64,000 nucleotides of DNA from Sminthopsis crassicaudata. Taxonomy: Eukaryota. The stretch is taken from contig NC_133620.1 in the NCBI RefSeq assembly GCF_048593235.1, forward strand, positions 461,805,261 through 461,869,260, written 5' to 3'. This document shows positions 26,429 to 38,450 of the stretch, piece by piece (the stretch's first letter is position 1; each line of letters opens with the position of its first letter). The notes under the pieces are model-generated. The model was not told the origin of the DNA and did no database searches. It was given only the letters and a program-made list of their open reading frames with translations. The translations under genes were made by a program, and so were the position numbers.

Positions 26429-26620
26429 CAGGGGTTCTCAAACTATGACCCGTGGGCCAGATGCGGCCCGCTGAGGATGTTTATGCGGCCCGCCGGGTTA
26501 TGACAAATGGGCTGAGGGGTGGAGACAGAGTGTGAGCTTTTGTTTTTACTATAGTCCAGCCCTCCAATGTTCTGAGGGACAGTGAACTGGCCCCCTATTT
26601 TAAAAGTTTGAGGACCACTG
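26429..26620 (+). mobile_element. OC1 (OposCharlie1)-like hAT MITE, 192 bp
   Basis: TIRs caggggttctcaaact / agtttgaggaccactg. Flanks ctctaaag and caagattg do not form a TSD. Confidence 0.85.
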
Positions 26621-28629
26621 CAAGATTGAGCAACCCCTTCCATAGTTGGCTGGGCCTATATCAGGGTCTTATTTTCAGAAAGGAAAATTAACAATCTTTA
26701 CTTAGAGAAAGGAAATCTTGGACCCACAATCCACCCTCCCCTCATTCTACCCCTGCCAATCTGATTCCAAAATGAGGACTTGTGGCCTAATGGCACCTGC
26801 CTCTCAGCACCACCAAGTAAATGTTTCCTGAGAATCAGAATGGTATTCTTGGCTCCATGTACTGCCTCCTTTTCCAATCCCATATGTTGATGACTTCTAG
26901 GTCTCAGTTTCCTCATCTGTAAAATGAAGGGATTAGATGAGATGATCTCTGGATTTCCTCACAGCTCTAGACCTATGATATTATGATCTTAAGTAATTTC
27001 TCCAATCTGGCCCTCAGTTTCCTCTCCTGTTGAATTAGTAGGTTAGGCCAGATGATCTCTGAGGTCTCATCTAATTCTAGAACTATGATTGGCTATTCTT
27101 TGGGGCTTCCTTGCCTATGGTCTACCGGTGCTCTCCATGTGTCTCTCGATTGACTTTTGACAAGTTTGCCAGTTTGATTCTGATGATAAAAGCTTGCGTT
27201 ACATGGAACTGCCCGTCTCCTGTGCTGTGGTCCGTCTCTAGCTTTTGCTTCCTCTCATAATTCAAGCACACTGGCCTTCAGATGCTCATCCCTACTCCCT
27301 GAAGATTGCTGGGTACCTCTCCACCCACTGGAGCCTGAAGCTTCTGGTGAGCCAGCCACCACTCTCCCTAACAACAACAACGGCAAAGCATCGGGCTGCT
27401 GCTCTTCAGCTGCAGCTCCCACATACGTCCCCCATGAGAACTGTCCCACTATAGCACTCCTTTTAATTACAACCATAATGCTACTTTGCAAGGCATTTAT
27501 CAAGGACTCTGCCCTGCTGCCAAATGGATTCCAACTGGGTAAAACCTGCATACAGGGGTCCTCTGGGGATAATTGAAGTTTCATAAGTCTGCTGGCAGCT
27601 TTCCATCAGAACATTAAAAAAGCCAAAAAAGAAAAAAATCTTACAATAAGGATACTTACAGCAATTGCAGTCTGGATACACAAGACCCAGGCTCGCAGTT
27701 GGCAATAGATGAGCAGACACTTAATCAAGCTTGCAAGCCCAGCCTAATGGAACTGGAGGCAAAAAGACAAAGCCTAGCAGGAACAGTCCTTTGGGATTAA
27801 AGCATGACACAGTGGAAAGAATATTGACTTCAGATTCAACGGGCTCTGAGTTTGAATGTTACCTCTGCTCTCTTTACTACTTGGACAAGTGACTAAACCT
27901 CTCTTGGGAAGTTAGTCCTCTCATCTGTACCATGAGGAGCTTGGACTAGATTACCTTGGGAACACGTTTGAGTTCTAGATCTATGAGCCCATCATGCTCA
28001 TTCCTTCACTAAATGCCTTCTGGGGGTACTCAGCCAAGAGACGTGGTGGACAGTTACCAAGAGAAGCGTTGAGAAAAACAAGCTTTCATAAATTGATTCA
28101 GCTGGACCAAAAGATGCCCCCCCAGACTCCTTTCATGTCATCTTTTCTACAGATGTTAATTTAAATGAAATGATTGATCTCAAACTTCCCCCCACACACT
28201 CCCCTGCTTCTTTAGACTGAGGCAGCCAGAAAATTTAGACTTTCCAATTAGATTAGGAGTCAGGAAATGAGAGAAACCTGCTTCTGGTAGGGAGGCTCAT
28301 GAGCTGGCCGTAGAAATGGAGTGAAATTAGCACAGATGTTGTAGTGGGAAGAAGGGAGATAAAAAGTGGGAAATAGGAGACAAAATGTATAATTCACCCA
28401 AAACTGTGACTTCCCCCACTGTGCACTTACGACTATGAAATCATGACCTCCCAGAGCCAGAAAGGAGCCAAGGGAGTTACAGAGATCTCTTTTGAGCCTT
28501 ACAACACAACCTCTCTGATGCTCAGTTTCTTCATCAGTAAAATGAGGGGTTAAATGAGATGATCTCTGAGAGCTCCTGCAGATCTTCATCCATAATCGTA
28601 TGAATCCAGAAGATGAGAGTCAGGGAAGC

Positions 28630-28810
28630 AGAGGAGATGGAAGCCAGCCTTGGGATCAGGAAGACTTGTCTCTGTCCCAAGCTAACTATGTGTCTATTGG
28701 GAAGTGACCTGACCTGTCAGTGCTCCCAGAAAATTCTCAAAGAATATAAATCAAGAGTAAATGATGATTTGTATTGTTAGAGGGACTTATCATATGTTGA
28801 GCTCCCCATA
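28630..28810 (+). mobile_element. Marsupial core SINE with MdoRep1/Mar3-type tail
   Basis: tRNA-like head plus a tail shared with 40915-41130. Confidence 0.55.
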
Positions 28811-28925
28811 ATCATGTAACAACAGAGATAAGGGAATGGGGGAAGAAGAAGAGAAGAGAGGAGAAGGAGGAAGAAGAAGGAGGAGGAGAAAGAAGAAGGA
28901 AGAGAAGAAGAAGGAATAAGAGGGA

Positions 28926-29064
28926 GGGGCAGCTAGGTGGCGCAGTGGATAGAGCACCAGCCTTGAATTCAGGAGGACCCGAGTTCAAATCTGGTCTCAG
29001 ACACTTAACATTTCCTAGCTGTGTGACCCTGGGTAAGTCACTTAACCCCAGCCTCAAAAAAAAA
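28926..29064 (+). mobile_element. Young full-length WSINE1-type SINE
   Basis: Intact A/B boxes and CpGs, A-tail, 14 bp TSD aaggaataagaggg at 28911-28924 and 29065-29078. Confidence 0.95.
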
Positions 29065-30019
29065 AAGGAATAAGAGGGGGCAGAGAAGGAGGATGAGGAG
29101 AAGTAATAAGAGAAGGAGGAGGAGGAGAAGGAAGAAGAGGAAGAGGAAGAGCAGAAGGAGAAGGAGGAAGAGGAAAAGGAGCAAGAANNNNNNNNNNNNN
29201 NNNNNNNNNNNNNNNNNNNNNNNNNNNNNNNNNNNNNNNNNNNNNNNNNNNNNNNNNNNNNNNNNNNNNNNNNNNNNNNNNNNNNNNNNNNNNNNNNNNN
29301 NNNNNNNNNNNNNNNNNNNNNNNNNNNNNNNNNNNNNNNNNNNNNNNNNNNNNNNNNNNNNNNNNNNNNNNNNNNNNNNNNNNAGGAAGAAGTACCAGAT
29401 TTCTAGATCTCATGGTAAAAGATATGGTTTTGAGGCATCTAGATGGCTCAGTAGATAGAGCACTGATCCTGGAATCAGAAGCACTAGAGTTTAATCCAGC
29501 CCCAGAGATTTACTAATTCTGTGATCCTGATCAAGTCACTTAACCTGGATTACCATTTACCCTACAACCATCAAAATAAAAAAAATGAAAGAAAAAAATA
29601 CCTGGTTCAAATCCCAATTTTGTCACTTACTAACTATGTGACTCTGGAGAAGTTCTGACTGATTCTTCAATTTTTCAGTAGAGAAATTTGCAGTAGAGCT
29701 ATTGAGGGCCCCAAGTCTTTTAGCAATTAATTGTTTTCTATCTACAGTGTTTCTTCCACTTTGTCTTTATGAAACTGATTTTTTTTAATTCAAGTGCATC
29801 ATTTTATATTAAAATTCAATTTCACAAAAAAAGCTGGAGGAAGTGAGGCAGGTGGGTCAGATAATAGATAAGGCCTTTCCAAAGGTAAAACTTTATGTTC
29901 TCTGAACAGCAGAAGTTACTTTTACTTCAATTTCTACACTTTTCAAGACAATGGGTTCCAGACTTTGATTTCCTGATGTGTTCCTGCCCTTCATTTGACT
30001 TCACCTAGCTTTCTTAATT

Positions 30020-30540
30020 TTACAGAATCTTAGAACTGGAAGACAGCTTTCAGCACATCTCACAATAGCCATACTTGAGCAAACACCTTCTTTACAGCAC
30101 TCCTGACACATGGCCATCAGGTAAACACTGGAATCCCTCCCCTGCTAAGAAGCTAACCCTTGCCTTTCCGGAGAGTCCCTGACACTTCCAGATCACTCAT
30201 TTAGAAGACGTTTATCTTTCCATCAAGCCTATAACTGCCTCCCTGTAATTTTCATTCTTTGCTCCTGGTTTTCTCCTCCAGGGCTAAGCAGAACAAATTC
30301 AATCTCTCCTTCCCATGTAATCCCCCTTCAAATATTTGAAGGCAGTGATTATGCCCCATTAAGTCCTCTTTTCTTCCAGCTAAATATTTCCACTTCCATC
30401 CTGTTCTCCAGATTTCTCACTGTTTATTCTCCTCAAGGAAAATATCCTGATGGGGTTTGCTCATTTTCCTATCCCTATTCATCCCACACACTTTGTTTCC
30501 AAAATGTAGAACAAAAGAGAGACTAGTTAGTTGTATAGTC
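30020..30540 (-). mobile_element. CR1/L3 LINE 3' part
   Basis: Reverse L3 end (cagaatcttagaactggaag...; cccttcaaatatttgaaggcagtgattatgcccc). Probably continues at 31466-31655. Confidence 0.75.
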
Positions 30541-30721
30541 TCTGCTGTGAGTAGTTTCAGGTTCCTATTGGATTTGTTCATTTGAATGATCAGTTTTCAA
30601 AGCCTAGAAGAAACAACTTGCTTCAAGTTTAGTATTCTATCAAAGCATACTGGGGAGATGGACTTTACAAAGTAGGCATCGGATACTTCAATGCCTAGAA
30701 GTTGAACTCAGTAAAACAAAG

Positions 30722-30833
30722 AGAAGAGGGAGGGAAGGAGGGAGGGAGGGAAGGAGGGAGATAGAAAAAGAGAGACACAGACAGAGAAAATGATAGACAT
30801 AGAGAGACAGAGAAACAGAGAGAGAGAGATAGA

Positions 30834-30894
<61 letters not shown>

Positions 30895-30895
30895 T
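30722..30895. repeat. GA-rich tract ending in (GA)n
   Basis: Direct reading. Confidence 0.95.
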
Positions 30896-32789
30896 GAGAA
30901 TTTATTCAACTATCCAATACATGGCCTANNNNNNNNNNNNNNNNNNNNNNNNNNNNNNNNNNNNNNNNNNNNNNNNNNNNNNNNNNNNNNNNNNNNNNNN
31001 NNNNNNNNNNNNNNNNNNNNNNNNNNNNNNNNNNNNNNNNNNNNNNNNNNNNNNNNNNNNNNNNNNNNNNNNNNNNNNNNNNNNNNNNNNNNNNNNNNNN
31101 NNNNNNNNNNNNNNNNNNNNNNNNNNNNNNNNNNNNNNNNNNNNNNNNNNNNNNNNNNNNNNNNNNNNNNNNNNNNNNNNNNNNNNNNNNNNNNNNNNNN
31201 NNNNNNNNNNNNNNNNNNNNNNNNNNNNNNNNNNNNNNNNNNNNNNNNNNNNNNNNNNNNNNNNNNNNNNNNNNNNNNNNNNNNNNNNNNNNNNNNNNNN
31301 NNNNNNNNNNNNNNNNNNNNNNNNNNNNNNNNNNNNNNNNNNNNNNNNNNNNNNNNNNNNNNNNNNNNNNNNNNNNNNNNNNNNNNNNNNNNNNNNNNNN
31401 NNNNNNNNNNNNNNNNNNNNNNNNNNNNNNNNNNNNNNNNNNNNNNNNNNNNNNNNNNNNNNNNNCCATTCCTTTGACTATCAAAAGAATAGTTTTCCTT
31501 TTGGCCAGTAGAGATATTGAAGATTCCAAGTCTTTTAGCAATCAATTGTTTTAGATCTACAGTTTTTTTTTTTCCCTTCATATTGTCCTTCTGAAATTAT
31601 ATATTTTTTTTAAACTCAAGTGAATAATTTTAAATTTTCCCTATTACAATTCAGTTCATAAATCTGTTTTTTGGGATCCTGAAATTTCCACCCAATGTAT
31701 TTGCTATCTGATGGTGAAAAGAAACAAGTGTTTTTCCATCTATGTTTGGCATGGCTCTCTCTCCACCCCAACACCACCTTTGCAGGACAGAAGAGGGAAA
31801 TGACTTAGCAATTGTAAAGGTCCATGTTGGACTGAAACAAAAAGGCATTAATTATATCTCAGAGTAGGGCATTTGTAACCAAGACTCTAGACTGCTTTCA
31901 GGTACACTCCAGGGTACCATACTAGGTTGTTGTGCCAGAGACATGTTGGAGAAAAAGACAGCCCACATGGTGTTGAGTCTGCCAAGGGGGGATTTTTGAT
32001 GAGGTCACTCTTCCTGGGGCAAAGGAGGAATCAATTATCTAACTTCTCCATATCTCTCAGTCCTCTATGGTTTGGAGCCAGAAACATTTGAGGTACAGGT
32101 GAGACCAAAACCACAAAATGGTACAGGGCTGAGCTTTCCATGTGATTTCAGGGGGTTCAGATGTTGGAACCAGCATAGAGACTTTGGATAAAACCCCTTT
32201 GGACCTTAGTATTCCAGAATCCATCTGGCCGTTGCCTAGGAAATTGTGGCCATTTCTATGAGAATTACAAAATAATATTTGCCATGTTATGAGCCCAGTG
32301 TCTGGCACATAGTTAAGCATTTAACCAATGTTTGTTGACTGACTATATAGATATAGATTTAATTTCACTATTTCATAATCATAATATGGGAGTGAATGTC
32401 CTAATGATTTTCTGCAAATAATCTTTAAAATGTGTGCCCTCTTAGTGAAAGTGAAGATGTGAGAAGGTAGCATGGGGCAGTAGAGAAAGCTCTGGATTTA
32501 TAGCATCTGATGATGCTACTTAGAACCTGTCTGACCTTGGAAAATCACTTTTCCAGCTCTCACTTTCTTATCTATAAAATAAAAAACTGACTCAATGACC
32601 TCTAGGGTCCTTTTCCATTTTGGATTGGGATTTTTTTCTAATTCTAATTTTTAGATCCATAGCACCTCAACACAGTTTTTTGTAATAAAAATCACAGATC
32701 TAGAACTAGTAGGAATCTGAGAGGTCATCTAGCCCATTTTACAGTTGAAAAAATTGAGGTACAGAGAGTTTAAATTTTTCTCATAAGTA

Positions 32790-33000
32790 GGAAAGGCAGC
32801 TAAGTGGCACAGTGGATAGAGAGAATGCCAGGCCTGGACTCAAAAGAACTAAATCCAGCCTCAGACACTTTCTAGCTATATGACCCTAGGCAAGTCACTT
32901 CCTTCTGTTTGCCTCAGTTTCCACAATCATAAAATGAGCTGGAGAAGGAAATGGCAAACTACTCCACTAACTTTGCTAAGAAAACTCCAGTGGGGTCAGG
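32790..33000 (+). mobile_element. MAR1-type SINE
   Basis: Head, core and RTE-like tail gctggagaaggaaatggcaaactactcc. Confidence 0.88.
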
Positions 33001-33742
33001 AAGGGTGGGACATGCCCATAAACAACCTTAGCATCGATCAATCAGTGAGCATCTGAGTCAGGATTTCAATTCAGGTCCTCACACCACACTACCATAGCAG
33101 ATCTTTAACAACTGCTAGTTGGACTGAATTGTTCAATAGATGCTCATCTTCCTTTCAGGAGTGAGAGGTAAAACTGTGGGCAAAATCTAGAACTGTTCTC
33201 GATTTGGATAAGCATCTGTTGCTCTGCTCAGATCTATCTGTGGGAAAAAAAATGAACAAGAGGAGCTAGAAATGTTTCTGGGTAAACTACAGCCTCTTTT
33301 GCAAATTGTTTTCTGAGTAAACTGTTATTCTTGCATTTCTTGCTGGAGTCAATGACAAAAGATCGAATTAACACTCCTGAGCAGAACGTTTTAGATGATT
33401 TTCAATCTGACTGAACACCCAATAGGGACGCCAAGAAGATGCTATAAGTCCTCAGCACAAAGTTGGGTTATTAAGTCATGGCCCTCATTAGAGCTGCCTG
33501 GGGCCTCTTTGTTCAGAATATGTTCAGGCTGGGTGGAGACTTGGGGAACTGCATTTTGCTAACAGCCTTTCATCTCTTTATTAAAAAAAAAACACTTTAA
33601 TCTCACATATCCTTAGTAATTCTAGGATCCTTTTTAGCTCAAAATCTATGGTGCTAAAAATATAATATTTAGAGCAAGTATGATTTCTGTCTTATGGACC
33701 TTCCAGTCTAATAGAAGGTTAAAAATTCTAAAATACAGGAAG

Positions 33743-33889
33743 GGGACAGCCAGGTGGTGCAGTGGATAGAGCATCAGTCCTGAAGTCAGGAGGACCTGAG
33801 TTCAAATTTGGCCTCAGACACTTTATACTTCCTAGCTATGTGACCCTGGGTAAGTCACTTAACCCCAATTGCCTCAGCAAAAAATAAAA
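33743..33889 (+). mobile_element. WSINE1-type SINE
   Basis: Full length with A-rich tail. TSD-like taaaat(a/g)ca(g/a)gaag at 33729-33742 and 33890-33903. Confidence 0.92.
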
Positions 33890-34639
33890 TAAAATGCAAG
33901 AAGATTTGGTAAACAATGTTATAGTACATCTCATCGGAAAAATGAACCGAAGATAGGCAGTTGGCATTTTTGATGAAGTATGTTGAGAGTTATAAAGTGT
34001 TTTATGTAAGCTGTTTCATTTAGAACCACTACAACAACCGTGGAGGTGTTATTATGGGGCTCCATTTTATAGATAAGGAAACAGAGGTTTAACTGTATAA
34101 AGTGACTTGCCTCAAAACTAGTAAATGACTGCAGAAGGATTCTAACCCAGATCAAATTTAGTTTTCTGTATCTCGCAACCTTTCTATCTCATGTTTAAAA
34201 TTTCATGTTTAAAAAAATTGATTTTTCTGATAATTTTTTGTGCTATGTGATGGTGTGACCTAGTGAAAAGAACTGGGGATTTAAAGTTAAGAGATATGAG
34301 TTTACATTCTCTCTGCTATTTAGTTCCTGTATGTTCTTGAAAAAGACCCTTGATTTCTCTGGGCCTCAGTTTCCTTATCTGTAAAATTAGGAGTATGGAT
34401 TAAATAGTCTTTGAGATCCTTTCTATATTATGAATCATTTGATTCCTCCAAGACTCAGTTTCTTTATGTGTAAAGTAAGATGATTTCTAAGATTGTTCCA
34501 GTTGTAAACGTTGTGATCTGGGATAAATGTTCATGTTTTCTGTAACCCTTTTGGTAAGAGCCCCTCTGTCTGGAGAGTCCCTTCGTTTTTCATAAACACA
34601 TGAACCTAGAAGTAAATTAATCAATTAATCCACATTAAA

Positions 34640-34640
<1 letters not shown>

Positions 34641-34672
<32 letters not shown>
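34641..34672. repeat. (GT)n microsatellite
   Basis: Direct reading. Confidence 0.95.
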
Positions 34673-37439
34673 CGCAAGCTAAGCTTTTGCATGGAAGATT
34701 TATGTTTTCACCAGAAGGAGAAGACATCAGGAGGAGAATGAAACTCAAATTGAAGCATTCTGGGCAAAGAAAGCTGTATTTGGGATTGAGACAGGAGGTG
34801 ATGGAGAGAGAGCTTTCTTTGGCGTTACTGCAATCGGAGGCTCATTTCCAGGGCCCAGCTTGCACAGTCCCTCTGTTGTCTGTCCTCAGCTTCCACTGCA
34901 TTAATGCCTTGTCTTTCTCAGCTTGGAATTATTCAACTTTGAAGAGCCCTGGTTTTCAAATTGGCCTTTTTCCTTATGCACAGCTTTCGCTACAGCTCAG
35001 AGATTTCTCTTGGGAAATTTTGAATGCAAGCGAGAGGTGCTGGGGGAGCCTGGAAGATATAGTGTTCTGCATGGACAGCACTGAGCGCAATTAAGTTGTC
35101 CCCAAGACTAGAGATGTGAAGGCTTGGAGGAAAAGTAGGAGAATGCAAGAAAGATGATTTTTTTCCTCAAGAATTTTCCCCTCAATTGTTCAAGAAATAA
35201 AGTTGTAAAATCACATCATTTAGAGGGGAAAGGAGCCAGAGAGAGCATCTATCTGCAACCCTTCGTTTTATAGATGGGACGAGCTGAGGTCCAGAGATTG
35301 GGGGTAATAGGTTCAAGATATTCTCTCATTTCTTTACTGATTCTAGGGTCCCTTTTAGCTCAAAATCTAATGGCAGAGTCAGAATTCAGATCCCTGCCAG
35401 GGAACTCTGGCCAGCACGTCTCACTACAGCGCAGTGACTCTATTGAGCAATGGATCTAAAGTCAGTTCATATGTCCCCCAGACACTCACAGGCTGTGCCC
35501 ACCCACTGACTCTATAATCCCTAGTCTTCACGTGTAGAGGGTGTGGTAGCCACAATGGTCTCTGAGATCTCTTTAGCTCTAAATCTAGGCGATCATATTA
35601 TCACCAACAAGTGGTCATCCAGACTCTGCTTTAAGGCAACAAGGGGGAATTTTCTCCCTCACAAGACAGCCAGTTTTGCTTCTCAATAGCTCAGATTATT
35701 ATACAGTTATTTCTAATATAATTGGGGTTCATCAAAAGAGCCTCTGATTTAACTTGACCCCTCTAGCTTACCAAGGAACTGCCCATAACAATGAAGTCAC
35801 AGCTTTGGAGAAAAATACAAAGAATAAAATGACAAAAATCTAAGGGAACAGATTCTAGAGCAATGGTTACATAGAGTGATGGCTGAGAGTCCACAAGATC
35901 TGGATTCAAATCCTGGCCAAAACAAGAGAGAGACTTAGAGGATGATTGAGAGACTAATCCCTAGACAGAGATGCAGAAGACCTGGAGGCATCTTAGGTCT
36001 AACATCGTCTAGTTGTATTTTTATATAATTTAAATTCATATTTCTCTCTCTCTTCTTCTCTCTCTGTTGCTGGCTGGCTGGCTAACTCTCTTTATCTCTG
36101 TCTATCTCTGTCTCCTGTCTTTGTCTCTTCNNNNNNNNNNNNNNNNNNNNNNNNNNNNNNNNNNNNNNNNNNNNNNNNNNNNNNNNNNNNNNNNNNNNNN
36201 NNNNNNNNNNNNNNNNNNNNNNNNNNNNNNNNNNNNNNNNNNNNNNNNNNNNNNNNNNNNNTCTCTATATATCTCTCTCTTCCTCAAACTGTCTCTCTCT
36301 GTCTCTGTCTCTCTGTCTCTCTTTCTCTCTCTGTTTTTTCTTCTCCTCTATCCATATCCATAATCATATCCACAATTCCTCCATTACGTAGTCAATGATT
36401 TGATCAGCAGTAATGGCCAACAGATCCACCATTATGTCTCTTGCAGACTCTCTTCACATTTTGCTAAAATGGCCCCTAGTTGATAAATATGAACTCATTT
36501 GCTGGTTTTGCCTAAAAGTTTTCAAGCTTGATAAGCATCTCCAAACATATGAGCACATTAATTATTTTCCTTCAGCCCCATTTTCTATTGCTTCCCCTTG
36601 TCAGATAAATTAAAACCATTCATTGAGTCCGATTTGAGGTAGATGTAGAGCAAAAATATAAATACAAAATGATCCCTTCTCTTATTGATTTACATTCTAT
36701 TGGAGGATATAATGTAGACATAGTTGTGTTGGAGAAACAGCCCTGAGTCTGAAGTTAGAGGTTCTGGGTTCAAGTGTTACCTCTGATGCTTACTACTTCT
36801 GTAACTTTGCACATGTTATTAAGATTCTCAGTGCCCCAGTGTTTTCATCTGTAAAATGAGAGACCAAGGAACCACAAAAATAGTGCTAAAAGAGACTCCA
36901 GAGGCAACTAATCCAAAAATCCTTAATTTTACACTTAAGGAAACTGAGCCACAGAAGGGGGCTTCTCAAATCATCAGTAAGCATCAAAGGTGGGATTTGA
37001 ACTCAAGTCCTCTGAGTTCAAAGCTATTTCCCAGATGTTTTCTGGGTACCTTTGCTCTGTCTTAAATGTGATGATACTACGAGTCCAAGTTTAAATAAGT
37101 ACAAAATTAAATAAGAAGGGGAAGAAAATGAAGGAGCTTGAACTTAGCCTTTAAGGAATAAAATGGTTCTGAGAAACAGAAAGGGAAGTGAGGACCAGCT
37201 CCTAGCCTATTTTGGCAGGAATGGAGAGTATAGTAATGAGAAACAAGTGTTTTAAGGTGGAAAAGAGCCAGATTATAGGAGGTCCTGTGTGTGAGACTGA
37301 GAAGTCTGTATTTGATTCCTGGTGTGTTAGTGAGCCCCTGAAGGGTTTAGAGTAAGGGAAGAACATGGATTCATGTCCCAGATTATTTTGGCATTTGTGT
37401 GGAAGATAGACTGTGGAGCAAGACATCTTAGGGCTATGA

Positions 37440-37680
37440 TTTTGCTATTGTTGTTTTAAGTAAATATTTCAATAAGAACATCTCAATTTAAGTTAGTTTC
37501 CTTTGTATTTTGTGTCTTGATTTGTATTTATATTTGTTACATTGTTTTCTTTTGTAATTCTATGTGTTTTATTTTATACCTTAAAAAACATTCCAAGAAG
37601 AGGTATGCTGCCCAGGAGTTCAGGAAGTCTATAAAATTTCCTATGAGTCTTAGAATTTAAAAATTCTTTGGTCTAAGAGT
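37440..37680. mobile_element. Possible hAT-Charlie MITE remnant
   Basis: tttgtaattctatgtgttttattttatacc...aaaaacattcc resembles ancient Charlie MITE interiors. TIRs are not clear. Confidence 0.4.
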
Positions 37681-37689
37681 CAAGAGTAA

Positions 37690-38450
37690 TTAGTAATAGT
37701 AGAAGTAGTAGTATTAATACTATTTAGTAGTAATGATAGTACCGCTGGTGTTAGTAGTAGAAATAGGGTAGTAATAGTATCAGTACCAGTAGTATCAATA
37801 GCAGGAAAAGAAGGGGGAGAAAGAAATAGTGGTACTAGGATAGGTGCAGTGGTTGTGGTGGTAATGGTAATAGTAATAGTAGAAGTGATAGTGATAGTAG
37901 TAGTAGTTGTGGTGATGGTAATAGTCATACTAGGAGAGCAGTAGTGTAACAGCATGGTGATAGCAATAGTAGTAGGTAGTAATAGTAGTGTAGTATAGAG
38001 TAGGAGAAAGAGAAGAAGATAATTGTAGTAACAAAAGGGTAATAGTGGTAGTAGTAGTAGTTGGAAGAGGATAATAATTGGTATTTGTAGCTGTAGTAGG
38101 ATAATAATGATGATAGACATAGTAGTAGTAATAGTAGAAGTGGAAGTAGATATAGTAGTAGATGTAGTAGACGTAATAGTAGTAGTAATAGTAATATAGT
38201 GTGGTAGGAGGAGAAGGATAGTAATAGGTAGTTGTAGTAGTAGAGTAATAATAATAATGGTAGTTATAGTAGTAGCAATAGGAACAGCAGCAGCAGTAAT
38301 ATTTGTAGAAAAAGAAATAGTAGTGGTAGAAGCAATACCACTTCTAGTAGTTATAATAGTAGTAATGGTGGTAGTAGTAGTATTAATAGTATTAATAGTA
38401 GTAGTTGTTGTAGCAATAATAGTACTAATAATGATAGTAATATCACTAGG
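37690..38450. repeat. Degenerate (TAG/TAA/TGG)n trinucleotide low-complexity tract
   Basis: About 760 bp of phased gta/ata/gtg triplets. Confidence 0.93.

Noticed and set aside
29093-29458. Arg/Lys-rich protamine-like ORF
   Set aside because: Translation of a (GAG/GAA)n purine tract running into a gap.
34642-35094. 150 aa ORF after (GT)n
   Set aside because: It begins in a microsatellite with no ATG start and no recognisable homology. The region may be regulatory but I cannot support it as coding.
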